Positions 25,540 to 38,233 of a stretch of DNA of 64,000 nt are shown here, one piece after another (position 1 is the stretch's first letter; every line of letters begins with the position of its first letter). The notes below the pieces were generated by a model. It searched no databases and had not been told where the DNA came from. It saw nothing but the letters and a program-made list of their open reading frames with translations. The translations under genes were made by a program, and so were the position numbers. Source of the DNA: Camelus dromedarius (taxonomy: Eukaryota); contig NC_087436.1 in NCBI RefSeq assembly GCF_036321535.1, forward strand, positions 92,010,001 to 92,074,000, read 5' to 3'.

Positions 25540-26688
25540 TGTCAGTAAGATGACAGAAGAAGAGTTTAAAGCGCTCCTCCACTCACAGAAACATCAATTT
25601 GAACAACTATCCATGTACAGAAATTCCTTCACAAGAGCTAAGGATTTCAGGTAAGGAATTACAGCACCTCAGGGGAGCACAGAAATAAGAAAAGTCACAC
25701 TAAATAGGAGACAAAGGCCAGTTTCATGTTACCCACATCCCCTTCCCCAAACCCTTGGCAGTGAACCACAAAGAGAGACCCTCCCTGTGGGCTGGGAGAA
25801 GAGTGATGTGAACGCCAGGCTTCTGCACAGACCCCAGCATCTGGACCCTTCCCAGCACCAGGCCAGCCCTAGAGCTCCAGCCTCCCACCACGCCCCAGTG
25901 TCAGAATAGCCCTTGCAGCCCGAGGCTCCAGTGAACCTCGGGTCGGTCCAGGCCCACTCCAGTCGACCCAGAGTCCAGGACTGAACCTGTGGACCCAGCT
26001 CCAGGCTGCACCTCAGAGTCCCAGGACTCAGGCCTTGTCTGAGGACTGAAGTTCCATGCCTGCTCAGCACCAAGCCAGCCCTCTGATGACCCAGCCACCA
26101 GCCCTACCTCTGTGGACCTACATGCCAGGCCATCCTCAGACTTAGGACCAAGTCCATCCCTGTGGACCCAGACACTACATATTTTCCAGTACCAGGCTGG
26201 CCCCCGTGGGTCCAAGCTTCAGACTCCCCTCCATAGTCTCCAGGCCCACCCCTATGGACGAAGACCCCTGTGGACCAAAGGCAATTCTTACCAAAATGCC
26301 AATGGCATTGTTTTTCAAAAATAGAAAAAAATCCTAAAATTAATTTGGAACCAAAAGACTTCAAGTAGCCAAAGAAATCTTAAGAAAGAACAAAGCTGGA
26401 AGAATTACACTACTCAATTTCAAAATATATATAAAGCTATAGTATCAAAACAGCATGAAACAATCATAGAAACAAACATATAGAACAAAGGAGCAGAATA
26501 GAGGGCACAGAAACAAATCCACACATTTAGGGTCAAGTGATCTTCAACAAAGATGACAAGAACACACAATGAGGAGAAGACAGTCTCTTCAACAAATAGT
26601 GCTGAGAAAATTGGGTATCCACATGCAGAATAATGAAACTGGGAATTTATCTCACTCCATACACAAAAATCAATTCAAAATGAATTAA
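25540..26688 (+). mobile_element. Old L1 (L1M/L1MA-like): 5'UTR with GC-rich tandem units joined directly to late ORF2
   Basis: Starts gtcagtaagatgacag; repeated gtggacc-type units at about 25990-26280; then ORF2 sequence gcaattcttaccaaaatgcc...aagaacaaagctggaagaattacac. Confidence 0.7.
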
Positions 26689-26701
26689 GATAACCTGGAA
26701 A

Positions 26702-27592
26702 TATGGTCATTCTGTCTGGTGTGAGGTGATACCAATGTAGTTTTGATTTTAATTTCTCTGATAATTAGTGATATTGAGCTTTTTTTTCATGTCCACAAAC
26801 AATAAATGCTGTGGCGAGTATGGAGAAAAGGCAAACTTCCTACATTGTTGGTGGGAATGCAGTTTGGTGCAGCTATTATGGAAAACAATATGGAGATCCC
26901 TCAAAAAACTAAAAATAGACTTACCATATAATTCAGCAATCTCACTCCTGGACATATATCTGGAGGGAACTATAATTTGAAAAGATACATGCACCCCTAT
27001 GTTCATAGCAGCATTATTTACAATAGTCAATGCACAGAAACAACCTAAATGTCCATCAACAAATGATTGGATAAAGAAGCTGTGGTATATTTATGCAATG
27101 GAATACTACTCAGCCATAAAAAAGAATAAAGTAATGCCATTTGCAGCAACATGGATGGACCTGGAGATCATCATTCTAAGTGAAGTAAGTCAGAAAGAGA
27201 AAGAAAAATACCATATGATATCACTCATATCTGGAATCTAAAAAAAGAAAAAAGAAGACACTAATGAACTCATCTACAAAAGAAACAGACTCACAGGCAT
27301 AGTAAAAACTTTTATGGTTACTGGAGGGGGGAAAGGGGTGGAAAGGGATAAATTGGGAGTTTGAGATTTGCAAATATTAACTACTATATATAAAAGTAGA
27401 TAAAAACCAAATTTCTTCTGTATAGCACAGGGAACTATATTCAATTTCTTGTAGTAACCTATAATGAAAAACAATATGAAAATGAATATACATATATATA
27501 TATATGTATGACTGAAACATTATGTTGTACACCAGAAATTGACATATTATAACTAACACATTGTAACTGACTATACTTCAATTAAAAAAAAA
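26702..27592 (+). mobile_element. Young camelid L1, 5'-truncated with 5' inversion
   Basis: Perfect 15-bp TSD aagataacctggaaa at 26687-26701 and 27593-27607. ORF2 C-terminus ([10 protein letters not shown]...KYHMISLISGI), polyA tail, and 26702-26790 inverted. Confidence 0.95.
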
Positions 27593-29758
27593 AAGATAAC
27601 CTGGAAAGAGAGATTTTGATCACCCTACTGGGAAAAGAACCCAGTCCACAGGGATACTGACTGAGGGCAGATTTAACATGAAATAAGATGAGGAAGAAAT
27701 TTGTAAATACAAACCAGGTTTCATGACCAGCTGTAAAAACACAGATGAGAGTAGCTATGCACATGTTTATACTTTCCCCATTATCTCCATTTGTTTCTTT
27801 ACATGTATCAATTAACTCCTGAACTTTATCTCCCCTTACCTTCCCCTACTATTTTTCAGAGTGTGGATTTGGTGATTAACTTTATAAGTGACTTGATATT
27901 AATTTTAAATTCATATCAAAATCTCATCATCCATGTCAGTCATTGTCTCTATCTTTGGGTCAGCTTCATTTCTTCTCCAGTTCAGTCAGGTATCTGGGGT
28001 AACCTGGGTTAGAACCAAAGAATTATAGGTTCTTGTCGGTGGGGGAGATATTTTCAGCATATCATGTAGCTGATGAGAAAAGGTCTTTTTATTTTGGGTT
28101 TTGTTTTTTTTTTAACATTAGGCCAGTTTATCATTGTGCTTTGGAGAACAGTGTCTGGGAATGAGTGTGTGAACCAAAAAATAGTATAGATTTGGCTCCT
28201 TTACTGTGGCCTGGATGGGAATTCAGAATAGTAATTGTTTCCCAGTAAGAAGTGACAAGCACCAGTCATCAAACTGTGTAGGATGTGTCTTCCACAGTGA
28301 CCTGTGACTGTGAAAATCAGGCCACTAATGGAATAATCAGATAATCAAAATGGATTAAAGACTTAAATGATCAACTAATACTCAAGGAAGCAGATGTCCT
28401 CCCTGAATTTTGGAAAATCTAATAGCTTAAAAAATTCTTAAGTGGGAGATATTTACTCCCTGTTGATCCCTGATCAAAAGGAAGATGTTAATTTAGGCAA
28501 TTGTTGAAGAAAATCAAAGTAATGCTACATTAGGTTTATGCCAGCATGCTTTTCGCAATAACATTATTAACAAACTTAAATGTTTTATTCAGAGACTTCT
28601 ATTTCATAAATAGGCTCAAAGATTTTCCTCAGTTCCTATTTCTGCAAACATGGAAGGAGAAGAAAGCGGGAACGCTGGCTAATGGGAGTAACGCTGTTGC
28701 AGCTGTTCCCATATTTATAACAGCAAAGGGTTCATAGCAACTACTGAAAAAAACACAAAGTATGGGCAATTTTACCTTAGGGAAGAATGTTCTGGAAAAA
28801 AAAGATGTATTTCTCTTTCTTAAAATAAAGTATGCTATAATATTTCCTAGCCAGAAAACAAAAATGTGACAAAATATATTGACAATTCTGTCTCCAGGCA
28901 AAATCTACAACAGACAGGAAACCTCTCAGAACAGACCTCTAAAGGTCAAAGCAAATATGTAGACTTCAGAGCAAGGAGTGGCATCTTGTCTTCCAGGAAC
29001 CAGCACCTTAGAGCTGGTAACCGTGCTTCTCCTAAGGGCTTTTCAGGCTTCCCAATGTCTTCATCCATCAAATGCAAAGCAATACACAAAAATATACAAT
29101 ATGCAAAACACAGATCAAAGCAACCAAATTTATAAGAAAAACATTTAAAAGGTCACTATTTTCCATCAGTCTTAATATTTTTCTTTTCTCGTATAAAATA
29201 GTCATTGCATCTAGCATCATCTTCTAGATGATGCAAACATTTTGCTCTCTAGCTGATCTGTCTACCTCTCTTTTGGGTACTCAGATCATATTTATAATTG
29301 ATATTCCTCTAACAAGAGGATGGGAAGAAAAAGGTTAAGATCATAGAAAACAGAGAGAAAAAAAAAAGCACTTAAGAACACAGAATGCTAAATGAGGCAT
29401 GTACAGTGCTGAGAATCTATATGGATTTTCTAGATATTGATTAATATTAAGAGGAGGCTTCAGTTTTGCTACATACAAGCAAAGCTTTATGGACATCTTA
29501 CATTTTTCTGTGAAAGCTATATTCCCTTCAAAGTCACCTTGCTACTGAATTGGGCATTTTGAATATTCCAGTGTGTTTTGTGCTGGGTTTAATGAAAAAG
29601 TTCAAAAAGTTCAGAATAAGGTCAGAACAAAAAAGTTTCCATCAGAATGGTTGCTCTTTCTTAGAGAAATAACACTTTGAAATACAGATACTCCGCATAG
29701 CTGAAAATCCTTTTTCTCCCACCAAAGAACTTCCAATGGTTCTCTAAAGAAGAGTGTT

Positions 29759-29952
29759 GCCAATGTTAGCCACTAGATATAAAAATAGATTTAAAAATTT
29801 CTTCTGTATTGAACAGGGAACTATATTCAGTATCTTGTAGTAACTTTTAATGAAAAAGAGTATGAAAATGAATATATGAATTTATGTGCATGACTGGGAT
29901 ATTGTGCTGTACACCAGAAATTGACACATTGTAACTGACTATATGTCAATAA
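29759..29952 (+). mobile_element. Short young L1 3' end
   Basis: Similar to the 3'UTR at about 27370-27590. TSD aaagaa(g/a)agtgtt at 29746-29758 and 29953-29965. Confidence 0.9.
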
Positions 29953-30039
29953 AAAGAAAAGTGTTTCTTGATAGGAATTCATTACAATGTCCTCTAGTAA
30001 AGCAAAAAATTGTCAGTGAGTTCAGTGAGACTTTTAATT

Positions 30040-30484
30040 TTTGAATTTTTATTTTTAATATAAATTGTATATATTTAAGGTGTACAACATGATGATTTAT
30101 ATCCAGACATGTAGTGAAATTATTATTATGGTGAAGCTAATTAACACATCATCTCCTCACATGGTTACCATGGCGGGTAGTGGGGTTTACGTGCACGTGT
30201 GTGGTGAGATCACCTAAAATCTACTCTCTTAGCAAATTTCCAGTGTTCAATACAGGATCCTTAACTACAGTCATCATGCTATTCACTCTATACATTAAAT
30301 CTCTAAAACGTACCGCTTCTACATAAACACAACTTTGCATCCGTTGACTAGCATCCCCACCTCCTTGACCCTGGTAACTGCCATTCTACTCTCTGCTTCT
30401 ATACATTCAACTTTTTACATTCCACATAGAAGTGAGCTCATGCAGTGGACGTTGTGCTAAGTGAAATAAGCCAGACACAAAAAG
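30040..30484 (-). mobile_element. L1MA-like 3' end with short inverted 5' piece
   Basis: Antisense 3'UTR (ttgtatatatttaaggtgtacaacatgatg); sense piece gctaagtgaaataagccagacacaaaaag within 30447-30484. Confidence 0.85.
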
Positions 30485-31744
30485 GGATTGTCTCTTTCTA
30501 AGTGAGGCAGCTGTGGAAGTGTTTCACTCTTGCAGAGAACAAGGTATCTTCTAAAGTAATTGAGTGTCCAAACGCTGCAGGTCAAACACAGGCTGCATTT
30601 AGAAATGCCGGTAGCGAAACCAGCTGCTGACGAACCTGAAGGGTGTTGAGGAAGGTGATGCTGAATGACCTTGAGCATATTACCAACAGTGCCCCTGGTT
30701 ACTGTCACTGAGACGTCAGTTAGCTAGAGCTCTCTCAGTCAGTTTCACTTCGCGGACTTTCAAGGTAGGCAGATGTCCCCTCCCCCCGTTCCCTCTGTAA
30801 TATGTTCCTTCTGATGCCTCCTGCCTGCTGAATGCTTGAAACCAGGAAAAACGCTCCTCCCTGCCTGCATATGTCTGCTACAGCAAACAAACATATCTCC
30901 CAAGAGTCAGTTTTGTTTCTTCACAAATTTGTTAGCCTTATAATTGTGTTTATAATTGTATGTATAGTTACATAACTAAATAACATATTTATTTTAATTA
31001 AGTGTAATCATTAATTATAACAAAATACTACACAGCCTGGCTAAATATGAGCAAACAGAAATACATTTATTCTTTGAAAACTAAGTTTAATGCCTTAGAA
31101 ATAACTTCGTGGAATCAAGTACAAACAAAAATTACGGTCAAATTTTTTCTACGCGAGGAAACTACAAAAGGTCAGGAGAAATAATTGCCAAAATCTTAAA
31201 GAATATTATATTCAGACTGCTTAGCAGAAGAGTCTTTAAATTTTCCACTGTGCTTTGAAAGATTGCAGACCAACTTCTCTGCGGTGTCTGAGGTTTGTGC
31301 ATGAAAGACCAGATGAAACTTTAATCAATATACTAATCATTTATGCTTTAAAAAAAGACAAGGATGACAAGATGATTAAAAAATAACTATGTATTTATGT
31401 TATTAGGTACGTATCATCTTTTGATTTCCCCTCTTAATCTTTTCCCGAAAATTTTTTCATAGCCTGATTGCATTACTGTGTATCCCTTGCCAACAACCAG
31501 CATTTCCTGGCTTTTGAAATAAGTGACTAGTTGCAGAGAGGAAGTGATGAGAGCACAGAAGCACAGGACAGACTTTCTCTGCAACTCAACTCTATTGTTT
31601 ATGTAGGTGTTTATCTTTGGGCAAGTTCGGTGTTTGCTCGACAGATTTCCCATTTTATACCAGAAATAAAAGCAGCTCACAGGGACGCCTAAGACACAAC
31701 AGATTAGGATACATTTCAAGACTTCAGAAAAATTAATTAACATT

Positions 31745-32140
31745 CTGAATCACAGTTTCTTCACAGTATTGTGAATGATAAATGAGACACCTTCTAAAAA
31801 AGCCAAGCATACAGAAGGTGTCCAATACATGTTAGTTCGTTTCCTTATCTGGTCGGTAAAAGGATTTATTGCTGAAGCATAATTTTCGTGGTAATTAGGA
31901 AATTACTCCATGCCTCTGTATAGTGCTTTGTTTTTAAAGTACCTTCCTATATTCCAATTAATCCCGCACAACAACAGTGTGGAATAAATATAGCAGGTAT
32001 AATTACCTCCCATTTACATTTTATAAAACTAAAACAGATAAATGTGAAGTGTCTAAACCAAGTTCTCTCAGAAAGTTAACACAAATTTGTTTAAGAAAGC
32101 CTATGATGAGCTCATTTCTGAGCCTGTCACTCTCATAAAC
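31745..32140. mobile_element. Two MIR fragments (about 31745-31838 +, about 31915-32140 -)
   Basis: ttgtgaatgataaatgaga; attacctcccatttacattttataaaactaaaacaga. Confidence 0.5.
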
Positions 32141-32654
32141 TTCTGCAATTCTACAAGATGTCTGAGATTTCTTTTAAAATTTCATTACTCTTCCATGAAG
32201 TTCTTCTTCAGAGGCTTGCAAATATCCAGAAGAAAACATAACACTTTAATTCTGTGCCAACACAGGAAGAAAAGAATAAAAGATAGAATCCGAAACAAAT
32301 GCCTCGTGAACACAATTCAAAGTCAGAAAGGTTTTGTCCTCTGAACCCTTAGATGGGGCCTGAAAACCGGAATCTCTCGCCCTGCTGTAATTCTCCATCC
32401 TGATTGCACCCCCAGACAAAAGGACACTGGGACTATGGGTAGGTTTGCAGAAACACAGCCCAAGACCTGAGTAGTCAGGAGTTTCCAGATAGGCCCTACT
32501 ACTTAATGAAATCTCAGACCCATGTTGGAACTGTGATGAGAAACTTGTTCACTTATACAAGAAACTCTTTTCCCCTTTCCTGATAGAGAGGAAATCTACT
32601 GCCAACTAATTGTAACTGGTACCACTGCTTTAGTTCTGGTCGCTTTTAATTTCT

Positions 32655-34180
32655 CCCTCTTATCCCCTCCCCACTGTGAGGCAACCACTCTGTGCATTCA
32701 TTTTACCTATTCTATAGCATCATATAAATGGAATCACATAGTACATATCCTTCGTATCTGGTTAAGTTTATTCATAAAATGTTTTTGAGGTTGATCCATG
32801 TTATGCTGCTAGAATCAATAGCTTGTTTGTTTTTAATGCTAGATAGAGTGTGTCTGTATTAATATACTGCAATTTGCTTATCAGTTGTCCTATCAGTGGG
32901 CATTGGAAATCTTTCTGCTTTGTGACTGTCATGGATATAGCTTCCATGAAACTCTTATACAACACGAACATATATTTTTATTTCTCTTGAAGAAATAACT
33001 AGGAGTAAAACTGCTGAGCATACAATTAGCATATGTTTATCTTTATTAGAAATTATCAAATGGTTTTCCTAAGTGGTTGTACCATTTGGCATTCTCATTA
33101 GCAAGATAGGAGAATTCCAGTTATGCCATATCCACTCCAACACTTTATATTTTCAGTCTTTTAAAGTTTTAGCCATTCTAAATATTATGTAGTAATGTCT
33201 CATTGTGGCTTAAATTTGCACTCCCCTGATGACTAATGATATATATTGTCCCTTTGCTTTTGGCCATCCATGTGTCTTCTTTGGTGAAGTGTTTACTACC
33301 CACCTCTTTATTAGATTGTTTTATTACTGATTTTTCAGAATTTTCAAAATTTTATATATGCATATGGTTATATATTATATATATAACCATATATAATTAT
33401 ATATATATATATATATGTATGTATATCCTAGATATAAGTTCTTTGGCAGATATTTGTACTGTGAATATTTTCTCATGGTTGTGGCCCCCCTCTTCATTTT
33501 TTTAAAGTTTCTTTTAACGAGGAGATTTTTATTTGAATTAAGTCCAATTTATCATCTTTTATACTTAAACATTTTGTGACTTATTCAAAATATCTTTGCC
33601 TACCCCAAGATTGTGAAGATATTCTCTTGGTTGAGCTTTAGCATTTTAGCACCCAGAGAATTTAGCATTTAGCATCCATAGTTTCTCAATTTTGACACCA
33701 TTGACTGGACTGGACAATCCTTTCTCAAGGGGAGGTGCTGCCTTATGTCTTACAGGATGTTCAGCAGGACCCTTGGCCTCCAGCCCCAGATGCCGGTAGT
33801 GGCAGCAGCAGCAGCAGTAGTAGTAGTAGTTTTCAAGGTCACTTTTTCCCACACAGGAATATAGTAGCTCCAGCACTATTTATTAAAAAAAAGATTTCTG
33901 TTCCCCATCCCTTGAATTGGCAAAAATCAAACTGACATCAATTTGATGTGAATGTGTGTGTCTATTTCTGTATTCTTTGTTCTATCCCATGGACCTATTT
34001 GTCTATACTTATTTTATTTGTTCAAAATTTTCTTGGACACTAGATTGTTTGCATTTTTATATGAATTTAGAATTATTGGTCAAATTCTACACAAAATCTG
34101 GTGGGATTTTAAATAAGATTTGCATTGAAACTACAGACATCTTTAAAATGCTATCTTCCTATCCATAAACATGGTATATT
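32655..34180 (-). mobile_element. Old L1 (L1MC/MD/ME-like) 3' part, interrupted by MER20 and (TA)n
   Basis: tataaatggaatcacatagta; aagtggttgtaccatttggcattctc; tctcattgtggcttaaatttgcactcccctgatgactaatg. Confidence 0.85.
33677..33802 (-). mobile_element. MER20 (hAT-Charlie) partial, followed by (CAG)n(TAG)n
   Basis: tttctcaattttgacaccattgac...aggatgttcagcaggacccttggcctc. Confidence 0.75.
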
Positions 34181-34804
34181 CTGCTGTGCCTGGCTGATTA
34201 GAAAACACTTGATAAACATGTATAGCTTTTTGCAAAACCAAGATGTAAAATACTTTTATAACCTTATCACAGATACTGTGAAAGTGTCTTATTAAAATTA
34301 TCCATAAGGGAATCCATCAGAGTACAGACATGGACAGGTAGGCATCAGCTAATAATTATAGCAAAATTTCATTTTGTCCACTTTGCTAACATTGTTTACT
34401 GTGTGTTCAAACTTTGTTATATTTTCTGTCCAGTTCAAGAGACATAACTTCTTTTTGGAGGGTTTTCAGTGACCGTAGTACAAAACAGATGTTTAAAAAA
34501 ATAAATCCAGATAAATCTTCTGCCACTTTTGCTTCATCACCAAGACATTCATTGGGTAACATCAATGATTTTTCATTAATATCATCAGCTCCAAGATGAT
34601 TTTACAGCTTTAAAAAAATTTACTAAGTAAGATAACTTGTCTTCCCACCAAGCAGCACACTCTTCCCTAGACAATAGTGTGGCATCATAATAGACACCAT
34701 TAGCTATATTTTATATTTTCTTTAGAAAATCAAACACTTATTTAGGGAACCATACTGGGGATATCTTGGAATTTTATTGGGCCCTCCATTAATTCCAGTT
34801 AGAA

Positions 34805-34872
34805 ACCAGGGCCTGGCACAGGGCTTGGCACATTGTACCTGCTGAATAAACATTTATTTAATAAATCAATGA
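34805..34872 (+). mobile_element. L2 3' end
   Basis: ccagggcctggcacagggcttggcacattgtacctgctgaataaacattta. Confidence 0.7.
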
Positions 34873-34899
34873 AAGTGGTCACAGCAAAAATTCCAGAGG

Positions 34900-35018
34900 A
34901 AATTATAATAAACAAAGTTTATTGATTAATCCAGAAACAGAACCATTTAAAAAAAAAGTACAAATCACATTATTGCTGTCATTCGATGAAACGAGGCACG
35001 CCTGCGTGGCGGCTCTGT
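34900..35018 (-). other. GRXCR1: GRXCR1 3'UTR (short, about 120 nt; cleavage site approximate)
   Basis: Lies between the TAG and the first AATAAA, with a TGTA element at about 34959-34962 upstream of the hexamer and U-rich sequence downstream. Confidence 0.7.
34918..34923 (-). terminator. Polyadenylation signal AATAAA of GRXCR1
   Basis: tttatt on the + strand, about 95 nt after the stop codon. Confidence 0.75.
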
Positions 35019-35252
<234 letters not shown>

Positions 35253-37103
35253 TCACTCAGCCCTCCCATCTCTCTGTCCTGGGGATGGTCACACAACGGT
35301 ACTGGCACACCGGACTTGAAATCACCTACCATGAGTGTGCGATACAGCCAAGGGAAAGGCTAGCTGAAGTTCCCTTTCTTATCTCATTGGTGGCCATCAA
35401 AAGCATGAGCCCGGTTTGGAAAGGCTGGTATATTAGGGTAAAGGGCATATACTTCAAGAAATCCATCTTCTGAAAACCCACATTTGGGAGCCAAACAATT
35501 CAGGAGACTTGATTTGTATTAAAGGAAAAATACTGTAACTCTCCCCTTAGCTTCTCTTCATAGTTTTGTGTCTTTGTTTACAGCATAAGATCACTAATAG
35601 TGAGTCTGGAAAATCAGAAAACAGAAAGCTGGAGTGTGGAGGGGCCACTGTCAATGGAAGATTCATCATCATATCACACATGTGAATAACGCTTTGTTTT
35701 TTAAAAGAGCAATTTCAAATGCATTACTATGTAGAATCTTCCCTCATCCTACTCTGCACACATACCAACACCTTCTTCTGTAAAGCAGCTAACTCAAGCA
35801 TCATTGTCCTCATTTTATATTTAAAGAAACACTCATAGACATCTTAAGACATTTATCCAAGTCTGTAAAACTTCCCATAAAAGCTATCAGCCTTTCTACC
35901 TCATGTAAACATAAATTACCCATTATAGTATAATGAAATTAACTAAAAAGTATGTTAAGGATATTTTGAAAAGTATCCATACACATTTCTATTTAATTTT
36001 TTGAGCATGTGACCTTTGATGGAGTCCACCCAAACCATCTGCTGGGGGGAAATTAGGAGCCATTACGGAATGAATACAAAGAGAATATGAATTAATATCG
36101 AGTTTTTGACTTGCAAAATAGGAATTTGCAGTAATGTTTGCAGTCCTGTCTGTGACAAGAATAATTGCTAAAATAAGTTTGAGAAATGTAGCTACGTGCA
36201 CACACACACAAACATATACACACACAAGCACACTCAAACGTATCTTTCATGCTTAGACATACGTACAACTTTTCTCTCGAGGTTCACAATCATACTTACT
36301 AAAGTCTTCAAAAAATCCAGCTGAAAAGGAAACTGATTAACCAGTTTTAACCCACCATTTCCCCAGCAAGAAACTTTTCCCCAGGAAACAACTATAATTT
36401 TATCGTAATTAGTACCCTGTATGATTGCCTTATAATTTATATATTCCCAGACCACTTTTCAGATATGTATATTCTGTATGTAGCAAGATTCACTTACAAT
36501 TACAGTTTGACTTAGTTGTTATATCAAGAGTGCAAAATCCATGTCACAACTCATTTTGAGTGGCACAGAATTACTTTGATGGAAAGTAGTGGCTGCCAAT
36601 CTGAATGACACAAAGAACATTGTCACGTTTGTTGATTCAAAGCTCTTCCAAAAAGTTAGATCTAGGTCATATGTAGCAATTTAGTTTCTCTGTAGATGGG
36701 TTTTTTTGTCATTTCTTTGTACAAGAACTTGACCCAAAAATGATGTACTGGGCTTAACAATTTTGCATTATATCAAAATGTCTGTAGGAAAAATAACTTT
36801 GGGTAAAAACAATAAAAGCAATAGAAAAAGTATAGTCTAAAAGCAAAATATAAGAGATTTAATAAGTAATGGTATTCTTATCAAATTTTAGAAAGAATAT
36901 GATAAGGCAGATATATACCCTTGACATGCATCAGAGCCATGCCAGAGGTTATGTTCCAAATATTTAATGATTTGTACAAAAAGAATACCAACTAGTCAGA
37001 ACAGATGCTGGGCTGCTTAAGGCCTGGAAAAAGGACTTACAGTGAAGTCCAGGACTTCAGTCATCAGTGCTGGATTATAAATAGACCTGGGTACCAAGCA
37101 GAG

Positions 37104-37294
37104 TGTAATTGTCAAATTCTGCAATTAAAAAAATGAGTTGCCCGGTTAATTTGAGTTTCAGATAGATCACAGATAAATTTTTATATAAGTATGTACCAAG
37201 TATTTCATGAGACATGCTTACACTAAAAAGATTACTCATGATTTACCTGAAGTTTAAATGTAAGTGGGCATCCTATATTTTATCTGGCAACCCT
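37104..37294. mobile_element. MER53 palindromic hAT MITE
   Basis: ttaatttgagtttcagata...taagtatgtacc...gacatgcttacactaaaa...tttatctggcaaccct; self-complementary. Confidence 0.85.
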
Positions 37295-37604
37295 TATAGG
37301 GGAGTTGCAGTCAGGGAAGAGGAGAGATGCTTGAGAGTCTTGGGGTAGCAACTATTTACCAACCAGTATAAATCATTTCAGTATCTTTACACCCAGTATA
37401 ATGTTTCAATGTTTTCAAATTCTTGAATAGCATATGTTCTCCATAAACATATTTGCAATGGCAAACAAAGAACAACAAAGCCAGAATGAATGTGAGGGCT
37501 AAGGAAGCTTCCTACACTCACTGCCTCGCTATGCCACTCACTCCAGACGCCAGGCCCTTAACCCAGGGAATTCCAAATGATGATGCAATGAAATTAAAAA
37601 TTAC

Positions 37605-38233
37605 TGAAGCCGAGCAGGACCCTACAGGGCCTTCCTGAGGACAGACTCCCCCATCCTCAGTGTGTCCTCCACCTCCTGTTTATAGAAAAGATTTAGACCC
37701 CTAGGCCTTCCCTGAATTCTAAAGAGCAAATTTAATCAGAGAAGTGAGAAAATGCAGAAACAAAGGAAAACAGTCAAGCAAGACAAAATAATAATACTTT
37801 AGCCATAAAATAAACTCAGGGACCTTTAGCTCCTCCTCAAGGGCTGTAGATAAAATCCTGAGCTGTATCATTGCGTTGTTTTGGCAGAGACTAAGACCCT
37901 CACCAGGTGGAAGAAGTTCACTGCATGCCGACCACCAGCACGTAGACCCTGGACTGGTTGGAACCAGAAGGTTAACTCCTGAAATACCACTCTATTACCT
38001 CACCACCAGCCAATCAGAAGAATGTCCATGAGCTGATCAGCCACCTTATGACCTTCTCTCTCACTTTGTCTTCAAAAACCGTCCCTGAAAGCCACAGGGG
38101 AGTTCAAGTCTTTTGAGCATAAGCTCCCCATTCTCCTTGCTCAGCACCCTGTAATAAATGCTATACTTTCCTTCGTCACAACCCAGTGTCAGCAGATTGG
38201 TGGGTGAGCGGAACCAAGTTTGGTTCAGTAACA
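37605..38233 (+). mobile_element. ERV1-class solo LTR
   Basis: TG...CA termini, perfect 4-bp TSD ttac (37601-37604 and 38234-38237), CCAAT at about 38010, AATAAA at about 38154. Confidence 0.9.

Noticed and set aside
29215..29235. 9-bp perfect hairpin gcatcatct-tct-agatgatgc
   Set aside because: Too short to exceed chance expectation in 64 kb.
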